From an uncultured delta proteobacterium (lineage in GTDB: Bacteria > Desulfobacterota > Desulfuromonadia > Geobacterales > Pseudopelobacteraceae), in NCBI GenBank assembly GCA_963772835.1, contig CAVYYZ010000002.1, positions 96,001 to 160,000 of the forward strand: a DNA stretch of 64,000 nucleotides, in the 5' to 3' direction. This document shows positions 1 to 9,114 of this stretch, piece by piece (the stretch's first letter is position 1; each line of letters starts with the position of its first letter). The notes beneath the pieces were generated by a model that saw only the letters and a program-made list of their open reading frames with translations, had not been told where the DNA came from and did no database searches. A program made the translations under genes and the position numbers.

Positions 1-791
1 CCGGTGAGTTTCAGCCTGCCATCCCTGATAAGCTCCGACAAATATTCGGAGATGTGTACCACTTCAAAGTGCACCATAAACTCAGGATATTCGTTTTTGA
101 AGGTGTGATAACTATGCGGGGAGGAGACAAGAATTTTCTTCACTCCGCTTTCGATAAAGGTCTTGATGTTGTCTTTAGCCAGCTTTTTAAACAGATCCTC
201 GTTGCCGGTCTTGCGGATGCTCTCGCCGCAGCAGCTCTCCTTGGAGCCCAGGATCCCGAATTTTACCCCTGCCTTGTTCAGGATGGCTGCAGTGGCGGCG
301 GCAACCTTCTTCAATCTCGGGGCGTAACTCAGGTAGCAGCAGGAGAAATACAGCACTTCCATCCCCTCTTTGAACGGCTTTACTGACAGACCTTCAGCCC
401 AGTCCGCCCGTTTGCTCCGTTCTTCATTGAAAGGGTTCCCTTCGCCCATAAGGCCGACACTCACGGTGCGAACCGGTGCGACGGAAGCCGGGAAGACATC
501 GTTTTCCGAAGCTATTCTGCGCAGGGCCACCCCTGATTCAATCTGCTTGACCCCCCGGGGGCAGGCTTGAGGGCACTTCCCGCAGGTTGTGCAGCGCCAC
601 AGGTTTTCGCTTTCAATGTCGGTCAATCCGAACGTGGCCTCCCGGATCAGCTTGCGCATGCTGAAGTCCCGTACCCTGTTCCACGGGCAGACCGTATCGC
701 ACAATCCGCATTGATAGCAGAATTTGAAGGCGTCTCCGCCCTGCTCTTTAATGACTTCAATAATCTCTTTGAAGGGAGCGACTGTTTCCAT
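1..791 (-). CDS. bamD: Benzoyl-CoA reductase complex Fe-S subunit BamD (HdrC/HdrB-like); 3' end runs off the window
   Basis: Not in the ORF track. Read manually from ATG at 791: METVAPFKEIIEVIKEQGGDAFKFCYQCGLCDTVCP...WRCTTCGKCPQACP, with two CxxCxxCxxxCP motifs. Starts 3 bp after the bamC stop. Confidence 0.85.
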   Translation of the reverse strand, partial: METVAPFKEIIEVIKEQGGDAFKFCYQCGLCDTVCPWNRVRDFSMRKLIREATFGLTDIESENLWRCTTCGKCPQACPRGVKQIESGVALRRIASENDVFPASVAPVRTVSVGLMGEGNPFNEERSKRADWAEGLSVKPFKEGMEVLYFSCCYLSYAPRLKKVAAATAAILNKAGVKFGILGSKESCCGESIRKTGNEDLFKKLAKDNIKTFIESGVKKILVSSPHSYHTFKNEYPEFMVHFEVVHISEYLSELIRDGRLKLT

Positions 792-794
792 TTT

Positions 795-1325
795 TCAACC
801 CTTCTTTGACATGCGGGCTATGGTATCCATCACCTTCTGCAATCCATGTCTGTTCACCAGTGATTCCAGGCCGATCTCCATCTCACCCAGTTTCGGTTCC
901 TCTTCCCTCTCCTCTTCCCGCTCCTCGTACGTCAGGGCTTTTGACAGGCACCACTTGACGCACAACGGTTCTTCCTCGCCGTCACACATGTCGCACTTCA
1001 GGGGGAGGCCGGAGTCGGGCTCTTTAAACAGGCTCCGGGACGGACATGAAGCCCGGCAGGTGTCACACTCGCTGTATTCCCTGCCGTCAAGCACATACTT
1101 GTTTCTGCCGGTACATTCCGATGGAGTGTACTCCCCGGCGTACACCGGCAGATAGATATCTTTTATCGGATCACGAATCAGCCTGATCCGGGACCGCTCC
1201 GGATTATTGCTGCTGTATTTCGGAGTGGCATGAAAGGAGGAACAGATCAGCTCACAGGCACGGCAGCCGTTACATTTATCAACATCGATCTTGATTACCT
1301 TGATTTTCTTCCTGATCTTACTCAT
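795..1325 (-). CDS. bamC: Benzoyl-CoA reductase ferredoxin-like subunit BamC
   Basis: Fe-S motifs CNGCRACELIC, CDTCRASCP and CDMC...CVKWC; overlaps the bamB stop. Confidence 0.9.
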   Translation of the reverse strand: MSKIRKKIKVIKIDVDKCNGCRACELICSSFHATPKYSSNNPERSRIRLIRDPIKDIYLPVYAGEYTPSECTGRNKYVLDGREYSECDTCRASCPSRSLFKEPDSGLPLKCDMCDGEEEPLCVKWCLSKALTYEEREEEREEEPKLGEMEIGLESLVNRHGLQKVMDTIARMSKKG

Positions 1326-3282
1326 AGCTCAAGATCCCTCTCTTTTCCAAATCTTCACTGACGTAATCCATGCCTAATTCATGCAACGTCTCTTTCGTGG
1401 GGATACCCTGGTTGTTCCACCCCTTGAATGTGTAGTACGCATCAAGGAGCTGTTCTTCGAGTTCGGGAAACCGTTTCCGCCAATGGTCTTCAGGCGGCTT
1501 CTCGTCTGCCCTGCTCAAACCTCTCCTGATATTAAACGCTCTCAGAAGAGTTCGACTCCTCTTGGCGGCCAGCGACAGTGCCGCCTCATCAAAGTCAAAT
1601 CCGGTCGCAGCCGAGATCAGAATCGGGTAGTTGTGAATATGATACGGGGGTTTCAGGGGGAAAGATGACAGCCCGGCGCACATGCCGAGAGCGTCATCAA
1701 TGTAGTGCATCTTCTCCTGCCAATCGACGATATCGACGGACATATCAACTGTCGGGTAGTACGGATTCGATTTTTCCCCACGGACTTCCCAGTCCAGAAG
1801 ATACTGCTTGAACTTTTCATCAGGAACATGGACCCAGTCTTTGACAAACTCCTCCCGCTCCTCCATCGTCGGAAAAGGAGCCTGGGGGAACTGCCCTTCG
1901 ATCTGGGTGATATTTGCCTTCTCGCCGGTGCAGTACATAAGGAAATAGACGGGATTGAGCATGCCGAGTTTAAGGGGAAGCTGCTCATGCTTCTTGATGT
2001 TGTTGTGGGCGTATGCGTCCGCACCCTTGCCGATCTTCAGGGCCGCCCAGTGGGTGCCGTCGGCCAGAATATCGCCGATTCCCTCACGTCGGACGATCCG
2101 GTCGAGCAGCCAGTAAAATTTCCCCTCGTTGTCGTCCGGACATCCCGCAAAGTCGTCTTCGGACAAAATACCGGCTTCACGGAGTTCAAAAGCAAATGCC
2201 ATGATCTGCGGCGTCGAGAATCCGTCAACCCCGTACTCAGTCGCCCGTTGCGCAATTCTGAAGCCGAAATCAAGGTCGTCAACAAAGGCGGCCATATTAT
2301 ATGTAAGCTTTGTGAAGCATTTCATCATGTAGGTCGACATCCCGGGGAGGGAGATTATCGCTCCGCATTTCATCGGGCAGTTATAGCAGCTGATCAGGCG
2401 CGTCCGGGCATTTTCCTGGGTCTCTTTCCATTTTTCTTCAACTTCCCTGGTCCAGAATTCTTTTCTCCGGGTACGGGAATTCCCCCAGGAGAAATTTTCA
2501 GTATGCCACTTCTCATCGGTATGCAGCATCTCCTGCGGCGAACCAAGCCCAGCGAGAATAGGCATTACCCCAGGGACCGGTTTCTCTTCGCGGTCGGCGA
2601 TATATTTCAGAACATCGTGACAAAGCTCCATATATTCAGCCGGTCGGGCGATATTGATGTCCTTTGTGCCCCGGACAACAACCGCCTTCACCCGTTTATC
2701 TCCCATAACGGCGCCGATTCCCAGACGACTGGCACTCGACCTTCCCTGTTCAATGGAAGCGGTAAAGACCCTGTTTTCTCCGGCCAGACCGATAGCGGCC
2801 ACCTGAGCATACGGTTCCTTCAGCTCCTGCCTGATAAGCTCCTGCGTTTCAACCGCGCCTTTGCCGGCCAAATGGGAGGCGTCACGTATTTCCACTTTGT
2901 CATTGTTGATCCACAGATAGACCAGTGTGGGCGATTTGCCGCGAAAGATCACCTTGTCATACCCGGCATACTTCAATTCGGGCGCCCAGAAGCCCCCCAT
3001 CATTGAATACGCCATTAACTGTGTCTGGGGAGAAATGGTGGAAACAATCGTGCGATTGCAGCCGGGAGCGGGCGTGCCGACTAACAGCCCCGTCCCGAAT
3101 ATCAGGAGATTCTCGGGAGAAAACGGCTCGACTTCGGGAGGCACCCTGTCCCACAGTATCTTGGTATTTGTGGCGAGTCCCCCCAGATACAGCTTGCTCA
3201 GGCCTGGATCGGTTGCGACTCTCTCAATACTTCCCCGGGTCAGATCAATCTCCAAATTAAATCCTGCTTCTGCGTATCCCAT
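1318..3282 (-). CDS. bamB: Class II benzoyl-CoA reductase W-pterin subunit BamB (AOR family)
   Basis: AOR-family motifs ELKYAGYD and GAVMGDK; CYNCPMKC. E251, E257, H260 and C322 fall at the positions recalled for G. metallireducens BamB. Confidence 0.93.
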   Translation of the reverse strand: MGYAEAGFNLEIDLTRGSIERVATDPGLSKLYLGGLATNTKILWDRVPPEVEPFSPENLLIFGTGLLVGTPAPGCNRTIVSTISPQTQLMAYSMMGGFWAPELKYAGYDKVIFRGKSPTLVYLWINNDKVEIRDASHLAGKGAVETQELIRQELKEPYAQVAAIGLAGENRVFTASIEQGRSSASRLGIGAVMGDKRVKAVVVRGTKDINIARPAEYMELCHDVLKYIADREEKPVPGVMPILAGLGSPQEMLHTDEKWHTENFSWGNSRTRRKEFWTREVEEKWKETQENARTRLISCYNCPMKCGAIISLPGMSTYMMKCFTKLTYNMAAFVDDLDFGFRIAQRATEYGVDGFSTPQIMAFAFELREAGILSEDDFAGCPDDNEGKFYWLLDRIVRREGIGDILADGTHWAALKIGKGADAYAHNNIKKHEQLPLKLGMLNPVYFLMYCTGEKANITQIEGQFPQAPFPTMEEREEFVKDWVHVPDEKFKQYLLDWEVRGEKSNPYYPTVDMSVDIVDWQEKMHYIDDALGMCAGLSSFPLKPPYHIHNYPILISAATGFDFDEAALSLAAKRSRTLLRAFNIRRGLSRADEKPPEDHWRKRFPELEEQLLDAYYTFKGWNNQGIPTKETLHELGMDYVSEDLEKRGILSYE

Positions 3283-3322
3283 CTTTATACCCCTTTACCT
3301 TGAACGATGAATGCGGATCGAG

Positions 3323-4234
3323 TCAGCGTATTTCCTTGGTGAGAAGCAGGCGCTGTGACGGCCTGAAACCACGCCTGGACAGAAAGTTCCTCAGACCGGA
3401 ATTTTCATGTTCCACTTTTGTCCGGACCGACATGATCTGAAGTGAAGAAAGTTTCAGAATCAGTTGAGAAAGAAGCGCATGACCGACCCCCGAGCCGGCA
3501 TGTGCCGGATGCACGCCGATAGTGTCTATGACAGCCGCCTTCTCCACGGTGCCGAATTCACCGTAGTCGATGCGCGCCATGATGAAACCGATGACGGTTC
3601 CGCCGCTTTCGGCAACCATGGAAACCCGGACACCCGATTCATCGAGCATCTCCCTGAACTTGGATGCGTAATAGGCCGAACGGTCGAGACCGGTAAGTTT
3701 CGTGTCGATCCGGTCGATAGTCGCGATATCCTCACCTCTGAGCGGGCGCACCAGTGGAGCAGGCGCTGCCTCTACTGTATCTTCTTTCAAAGGGGAGGTG
3801 TTGCGCTCAATGATTTGACCGGAGGCCAGAGAGAATCCTGTTGCGGCGAAAAATCTGATCATGGCGTGCCGCGACCAGAGTGTCTGGGTCAGGAGGGAGC
3901 TGATGTTCCTGTTTTTCATCCGCCGTTCGATCCCGGCCAGAACCATTCTGCCGATACCCCGCCCCTGGTGGTCCGGAGCTACGCCGACGGTATCGAGTAC
4001 TGCCATCGCACTTCGGGCGCCGAATTCCCCCTCCAGTATCCGGGCGAATCCGTACCCCGCAAGTTTTTTATCGTCAATAACGGCACAGGAAATAATGCTG
4101 TCGGGCATTGCTGATGCCGCGGCAAGCCTTTTTTCGAGAAAAAACGTTCTCGGACTGCCGGCCAGATCGCTCTCGATTTCTGTAACCTGCTGCAAATCTT
4201 CCGGATAGAGTGAGCGTGTCGTGAGGTCTGACAT
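3323..4234 (-). CDS. Tandem two-domain GNAT-family protein
   Basis: Two repeats, each with GF/GY...GEFG and motif A (HQGRGIG; HAGSGVG). Start placed at ATG 4234 (ORF track extends to 4327). Confidence 0.85.
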   Translation of the reverse strand: MSDLTTRSLYPEDLQQVTEIESDLAGSPRTFFLEKRLAAASAMPDSIISCAVIDDKKLAGYGFARILEGEFGARSAMAVLDTVGVAPDHQGRGIGRMVLAGIERRMKNRNISSLLTQTLWSRHAMIRFFAATGFSLASGQIIERNTSPLKEDTVEAAPAPLVRPLRGEDIATIDRIDTKLTGLDRSAYYASKFREMLDESGVRVSMVAESGGTVIGFIMARIDYGEFGTVEKAAVIDTIGVHPAHAGSGVGHALLSQLILKLSSLQIMSVRTKVEHENSGLRNFLSRRGFRPSQRLLLTKEIR

Positions 4235-4341
4235 TTCTGTTTTCCCTTTCAGTGACGGGTCAATATCAATTACAAGGGTGCTGCAAAGGCATGGGAAACA
4301 TACATACACGCACCTGATGAAGATCAAACGTAGTTATTTAT

Positions 4342-4377
4342 GTAATTAGGTACTACAATACCGATTAATATGTCAAG
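4342..4377 (-). promoter_or_regulatory. TTGACA plus operator box upstream of the GNAT-bamBCD operon
   Basis: Minus strand reads TTGACA tattaatc GGTATTGTAGTACC taattac; the 14-mer core is identical to that at 12290-12303. Confidence 0.75.
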
Positions 4378-4460
4378 TAGAATCTTCCCGCTTCCCGGGG
4401 GATACTTTTGTCAATTAATTCAGCGTGTAATTATATATCTTGAAATTAATTATTTAAAGT

Positions 4461-4474
4461 AGTATTTAGGTACC
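4461..4474 (+). promoter_or_regulatory. Second operator-like box upstream of the GNAT-Rrf2 operon
   Basis: AGTA-TTTAGG-TACC followed by gaattat; same symmetry as the other boxes; TTGAAA at 4440-4445. Confidence 0.55.
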
Positions 4475-4564
4475 GAATTATGTATCAGTATGTATGCAGC
4501 ACTCTCAAAGCTCACAGACAAGATCATTTACGGCAGTTATCGAAATCGACACCTGGACAGACTT

Positions 4565-5011
4565 ATGAAAGAACAGATTTCCATCCGCAACGCCATTGCA
4601 TCTGATCTGAATGCCGTAATTTCTCTGGATCAGTGGGCCCCCCAGGGTGAAAAGCCGGCCTACTGGAGCAGCGTTTTTGATCACTACGTTCGTCGTGACA
4701 AAACCGATCGGCTTTTTCTGGTTGCAGAATCCGGCGGCAGGGTCGTCGGTTTTATAATTGGGGAAGTTCGCGCCTGGGAGTTTGGATCGCCCCCCTGTGG
4801 GTGGGTGTTTGCATTGGCGGTGTCCCCGGAATGCCGCCAGATGAGCATTGGCCAACAGATGTTTGAAGAGATATCGACGCGTCTGAAACAGGCAGGTGTT
4901 ACTACAGTGCGTACAATGGTCGACCGTGACGACAAACTGACGCTGTCGTTTTTCCGCGGGTTGGGCTTATGCACCGGCAAGTACCTCGAACTTGAAAAAC
5001 AGATTGATTAG
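4565..5011 (+). CDS. GNAT-family N-acetyltransferase-like protein (BadL-like context)
   Basis: FLVAESGGRVVGFIIGEVRAWEFG; motif A variant RQMSIG. Start placed at ATG 4565 (ORF track 4490). Confidence 0.85.
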   Translation: MKEQISIRNAIASDLNAVISLDQWAPQGEKPAYWSSVFDHYVRRDKTDRLFLVAESGGRVVGFIIGEVRAWEFGSPPCGWVFALAVSPECRQMSIGQQMFEEISTRLKQAGVTTVRTMVDRDDKLTLSFFRGLGLCTGKYLELEKQID

Positions 5012-5071
5012 TCAGGACGTTTACACCGGATACGCGCGTTAACATTTTACTTATTATTATGAGAGTTCATT

Positions 5072-5524
5072 ATGAAACTGAATAAGGCGAGCCTGTTTGC
5101 ACTCATTGCAGTACTGGAGCTGGCCAGCGATACAGAGAAACAGCTTTCAACCACCGATATCGCCCAGAAACACGGCATTTCGACACACCATCTCGCAAAA
5201 GTCATGCGCAATCTCACGCACGAAGGTCTGGTTCAGGCAGTACGTGGAGCCGGCGGTGGGTACCGATTTTCAGGGAATGTAAAACGGACGACATTACTTG
5301 ATATTATTCAGCTTTTTGAGACACTTGAGTCAGAACTTGATGTCCCGAGCTGGGGCAATGACGGCGATCCGATTATTGGTGAGCTTCAGAGCATTACCAG
5401 TGAAATTGACAATCTCACCAAGGCGGTGTTGGACACGATCACCCTGGCCACGGCACTGAAAAACACCCGGATTCGCGCAGAACTGCTGACGAAACAGACG
5501 TTGCCGGGGAATGTATCCGCGTAA
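5072..5524 (+). CDS. Rrf2-family transcriptional repressor, BadM/BgeR-like
   Basis: Rrf2 HTH signature ISTHHLAKVMRNL...GLVQAVRGAGGGY...TLLDII; contains no cysteine. Confidence 0.9.
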   Translation: MKLNKASLFALIAVLELASDTEKQLSTTDIAQKHGISTHHLAKVMRNLTHEGLVQAVRGAGGGYRFSGNVKRTTLLDIIQLFETLESELDVPSWGNDGDPIIGELQSITSEIDNLTKAVLDTITLATALKNTRIRAELLTKQTLPGNVSA

Positions 5525-5580
5525 CGGGATCCGTAAATTCCAACCTTTAATGAACACTCCTGAAATGTGTGGGCTTTTTT

Positions 5581-6423
5581 TTACAGTCCCAGCAACTTCG
5601 CCGCATTACCACCCATGATGTTTTCAACTCCGTCCCGGGGTAAATCCAGAGCACGTATTGCGTCCATGTTCTCCTTGATCCGGGGCACTGCCGGCCAGTC
5701 GCTGCCGAAGATGACCTTGTCAGTGTTGCGAGCCAGTTCGGGAAAATAGGTCAGCAGTTTTGATGGCGGGAGCCCGGAAAGTTCCATGTACACATTGGCG
5801 TGGAGACGTGAAAGAAAAAAAGCCCGGTCATACCAGAAACCACGACCGGAATGCGCCATAACCAGGTTCAGGTTCGGGAAGTCGGAAGCGACATCGTCAA
5901 GATGCAGCGGATCACCGTATTTTAACCGCGACCCCTTGAACACAGAAGAACCGGTGTGAATCAGGACAGGAATGCCCAGATCCTGGGCGGCGTGATAAAG
6001 TGGGTACATCCGGGTGTCGTTAAGATAGTAATGCTGATAGGTCGGGTAGAGTTTGACACCGCGGAAATCTTCATCCTCCACTTTGCGGCGCAGTTCGCCG
6101 CCGAGATCCGTGTACAGATGCGGATTAAGGTCACAGAAAGGGATCAGCCTGCTCCGTCCCCGGCAGAATTCACGTACCTGCTCGTTGGTGCAGACTCCGG
6201 TCGTGACATGGCTCAACTCCGCAAGGATACAGGCATAATCAACCTCTTCAGTTGTCAGCAGCTCTTCAAACGCCCCCGGGTCATTATAGCGCTGAATATA
6301 TTCTTCGTATCCCGCCGGGTGAGTCTTGCGTATCCATTCGGTCACCCAGGGGTGATGAAACGTGTATACTCCCAGGTGAACGTGAAAATCGATCCGCAGC
6401 TTTCGTTCCGGGATTTCAGGCAA
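5581..6423 (-). CDS. Amidohydrolase-2 family metal-dependent hydrolase (BamU-like context)
   Basis: IDFHVH, GVKLYP, IHTG, MAHSG, FGSDWP; TTG start with GGAG RBS. Confidence 0.85.
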   Translation of the reverse strand: MPEIPERKLRIDFHVHLGVYTFHHPWVTEWIRKTHPAGYEEYIQRYNDPGAFEELLTTEEVDYACILAELSHVTTGVCTNEQVREFCRGRSRLIPFCDLNPHLYTDLGGELRRKVEDEDFRGVKLYPTYQHYYLNDTRMYPLYHAAQDLGIPVLIHTGSSVFKGSRLKYGDPLHLDDVASDFPNLNLVMAHSGRGFWYDRAFFLSRLHANVYMELSGLPPSKLLTYFPELARNTDKVIFGSDWPAVPRIKENMDAIRALDLPRDGVENIMGGNAAKLLGL

Positions 6424-6465
6424 GATCGGTCTCCATTTTTATACGAAAAAAATATAAAACATTTT

Positions 6466-6598
6466 AAACACAGAGCAACAGAGCAACAGAGAAAAAATGA
6501 AGAATTCTGGTTAAATTCAAAAAGAACTTTAACCATAGGGCTCTGCCTTATATTGCAGTAACTATTCTATTTCTCTGTTGCTCCGTTGCTCTGTGTTT
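6466..6598. repeat. Intergenic 29-bp inverted repeat built from CAGAGCAA octamers (REP-like)
   Basis: 6466-6494 AAACACAGAGCAACAGAGCAACAGAGAAA vs 6570-6598 (1 mismatch); inner IR TGGTTAAA/TTTAACCA. Confidence 0.85.
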
Positions 6599-6617
6599 CG
6601 AGATCTGTCGTTTCAGG

Positions 6618-7331
6618 CTAGATATATTGTCCGGCATCCACCCGGATCACTTCACCGGTGATCATCCTCGCCCCATCTGAAAGCAGGAACAGCACCGCAT
6701 TGGCGATATCCTCCGGTACCGCCATTTCCGGCAGCAGGCACTCATTCCTGGCCTTGGCAAGGATCTCTTCCGGCAGCGCCAGCGCCATTTCGGTCAGCAC
6801 CATGCCAGGGGCCACGGCATTGACCGTGATTCCCTTCGGCCCCAGCTCCCGGGCAAGGGTCTTGGTCAGACCGATCAAACCTGCCTTGGAGGCGGAATAG
6901 TTGGCCTGGCCGAATTTCCCCCGCATGCCGTTGATGGAGGTAATGTTGACGATCCGCCCGTATCCTGCTTCACGCATGGCGGGAGCCAGTGCCCGTACCA
7001 CATTGAAGGCGCCGGTCAGATTAACCGAGAGGACCGACAGCCAGTCATCATCAGTCATTTTGGCCAGACTCTTATCTCTGGTAATGCCGGCGTTATTGAC
7101 CAACAGCGATATCCGATCCGGCAGCCCGGCAACAACTGCGTTGACACAGGCGGAATCCGCGATATCAACCGTGTGAAACTGATACGACTCCTCGCCATCG
7201 CCCGGGGCAACATCAAAGACGTGCACCGTAACTCCCTGAGCGATTAATGCACGGGTAATAGCCAGACCGATTCCACGTGCGCCGCCGGTAACAACCGCAC
7301 TGCGCCCCTTAAAACTTGAAAAGCCGTTCAT
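6618..7331 (-). CDS. SDR oxidoreductase, FabG/acetoacetyl-CoA reductase-like
   Basis: TGGARGIG, NNAGITRD, GQANYSASKAG. Confidence 0.9.
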   Translation of the reverse strand: MNGFSSFKGRSAVVTGGARGIGLAITRALIAQGVTVHVFDVAPGDGEESYQFHTVDIADSACVNAVVAGLPDRISLLVNNAGITRDKSLAKMTDDDWLSVLSVNLTGAFNVVRALAPAMREAGYGRIVNITSINGMRGKFGQANYSASKAGLIGLTKTLARELGPKGITVNAVAPGMVLTEMALALPEEILAKARNECLLPEMAVPEDIANAVLFLLSDGARMITGEVIRVDAGQYI

Positions 7332-7395
7332 TGCCGCTCCTTGTACAGATGTGAACCACCTCTCCGCGAACCTTTACTGACGTATCGTTATACCC

Positions 7396-8262
7396 CTATT
7401 TATCGGAATAATCGTAAAAACCTTTACCTGTCTTGCGACCCAGGTAGCCGGCCTTGATCATATTGCGCAGCAATCCGGGAGGGGCAAAACGGGCATCCTT
7501 CATGTAGTCGTAGAAAATATTGCCGACATGATAACCGATATCGGTACCGGCATAATCCTGGAGTTCAAGCGGGCCCATCGGCATGCCGCAGCCGAGTTTC
7601 ATGGCAGTGTCGATGTCTGCAGCCGAGGCGACTCCTTCTTCGAGCAGACGGACTGCATCCAGCATATACGGGACCAGAAGACGGTTCACGACGAAGCCGG
7701 GAGTATCTTTGCAGGTAATGGCGGTTTTGCCGATCTTTTCTGCCATCGCCAGGGCGAGGTCGGTGGTTGCCTGGACAGTCTGCATGCCGGGAATGACTTC
7801 GACCAGCTTCATCATCGGCACCGGATTAAAGAAGTGCATGCCGATGAAATTGGCCGGGCGCTTAACCAGAGCCGCCATTTCAGTAATGGCAAGGGATGAT
7901 GTGTTGGTTGCATAGATGGTCTCGTCGCCGCAGACAGCGTCAAGCTTTCCGAAAAGTTCTTTCTTTACCTCCGCACTTTCGAAAACGGCTTCAAAGATAA
8001 AGGGGACACCTGTCAGAGTTGCAACATCGGTGGAGAAGCTGATACGGGAGAGTGCGGCAGCCATATCGGCCTCGCTTATCTTCTCCTTTTTCAGCATCCT
8101 TTCCAGGCTGGTGGTAATAGTCTTCAGTGCCCGTGCCCAGACAACCTCGCTGACGTCAACCACCTTGACCTGAAATCCCGCCTGAGCGGCCGTCTGGACA
8201 ATTCCCGCTCCCATGCTTCCCGCACCGCATACGCCGACCGTCGTGATGTTTTCAATGTTCAT
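7396..8262 (-). CDS. 3-hydroxyacyl-CoA (3-hydroxybutyryl-CoA type) dehydrogenase
   Basis: GAGSMGAGI, ATNTSSL, GMHFFNPVP, PGFVVNR, PMGPL, LGRKTGKGFY. Confidence 0.92.
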   Translation of the reverse strand: MNIENITTVGVCGAGSMGAGIVQTAAQAGFQVKVVDVSEVVWARALKTITTSLERMLKKEKISEADMAAALSRISFSTDVATLTGVPFIFEAVFESAEVKKELFGKLDAVCGDETIYATNTSSLAITEMAALVKRPANFIGMHFFNPVPMMKLVEVIPGMQTVQATTDLALAMAEKIGKTAITCKDTPGFVVNRLLVPYMLDAVRLLEEGVASAADIDTAMKLGCGMPMGPLELQDYAGTDIGYHVGNIFYDYMKDARFAPPGLLRNMIKAGYLGRKTGKGFYDYSDK

Positions 8263-8295
8263 TGTTGTATCTCCTTATGTATGAGTTTGAATCAA

Positions 8296-9078
8296 TTATC
8301 TGTTCAGAAAATTCGGTTTCCGTTTTTCACCAAAAGCGGTCAAACCTTCCTTGGCATCGTGAGTCGAGAGATTTTCAAGTCCGTACTTTCGCTCGACTGC
8401 CAGAGCCTGCTCCAACGGGAGGTCGAAACCTTCGTTGACGGCGATCTTAATACAGCCGATAGCCTTCCCCGCACCGGAAGCCAGTTTGGCGGCAAAAGCC
8501 ATGACTTCAGCCAGAAAGTTTTCCGCTTCGATAACCCGGTCAACCAGCCCGATGGCCAGAGCCTCTTCCCCACCCATCACCTTACCGAACAGGAGGATAT
8601 CCATTGCCTTCGCCAGTCCGACCAGGCGGGGGAGCCGCTGAGTTCCGCCCGCACCGGGGAGGATGCCAAGGGTTGCCTCCGGCAGGCCGATAAGCCCTTT
8701 TCCGGCCGCCATGAATCGATAATCACACGCCAGTGCCAGCTCGCACCCTCCCCCGAGAGCATGGCCGTTGATGGCCGCAATCACGACCTTCTTCATGCCG
8801 GAAAGAATGTTGTTGGCACCCTGAAGGAGCATCGAGAACGCCTCGGATTCATCCAGCCCCATGGCAGCCATCTCCTTGATATCGGCACCCGCGATAAATG
8901 CTTTTTCCAGGGCACTGGTAATAACAACAACGGTGATATCGTCCATCTGCGCCGCTTCGCTGAATGCGTCGAAGAGTTCCTGGCCGAATTCCCGGTTGAG
9001 CGGATTTGTCGGCGGACGATTGAGTATGACCGTTAGAATCCGGCCCTCTTTATTTAACGTAATAAACTGGTATGCCAT
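8296..9078 (-). CDS. Enoyl-CoA hydratase (crotonase)
   Basis: FIAGADI, ALGGGCELALACD, PEATLGILPGAGGTQRL; both catalytic Glu present. Confidence 0.92.
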   Translation of the reverse strand: MAYQFITLNKEGRILTVILNRPPTNPLNREFGQELFDAFSEAAQMDDITVVVITSALEKAFIAGADIKEMAAMGLDESEAFSMLLQGANNILSGMKKVVIAAINGHALGGGCELALACDYRFMAAGKGLIGLPEATLGILPGAGGTQRLPRLVGLAKAMDILLFGKVMGGEEALAIGLVDRVIEAENFLAEVMAFAAKLASGAGKAIGCIKIAVNEGFDLPLEQALAVERKYGLENLSTHDAKEGLTAFGEKRKPNFLNR

Positions 9079-9114
9079 AGCGTTACTCCGGAGTAGAAAG
9101 AATTTGAGCGGGAG

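Noticed and set aside
1705..3006. 433-aa plus-strand ORF
   Set aside because: Antisense shadow of bamB with no recognisable motifs.
1..3282. Selenocysteine read-through in bam genes
   Set aside because: No in-frame TGA in the bamB or bamC ORFs or in the part of bamD I read; the Sec-containing subunit BamF is not in this window.
6466..6598. Possible CRISPR array or IS ends
   Set aside because: Only one inverted pair; no spacers, cas genes or transposase.
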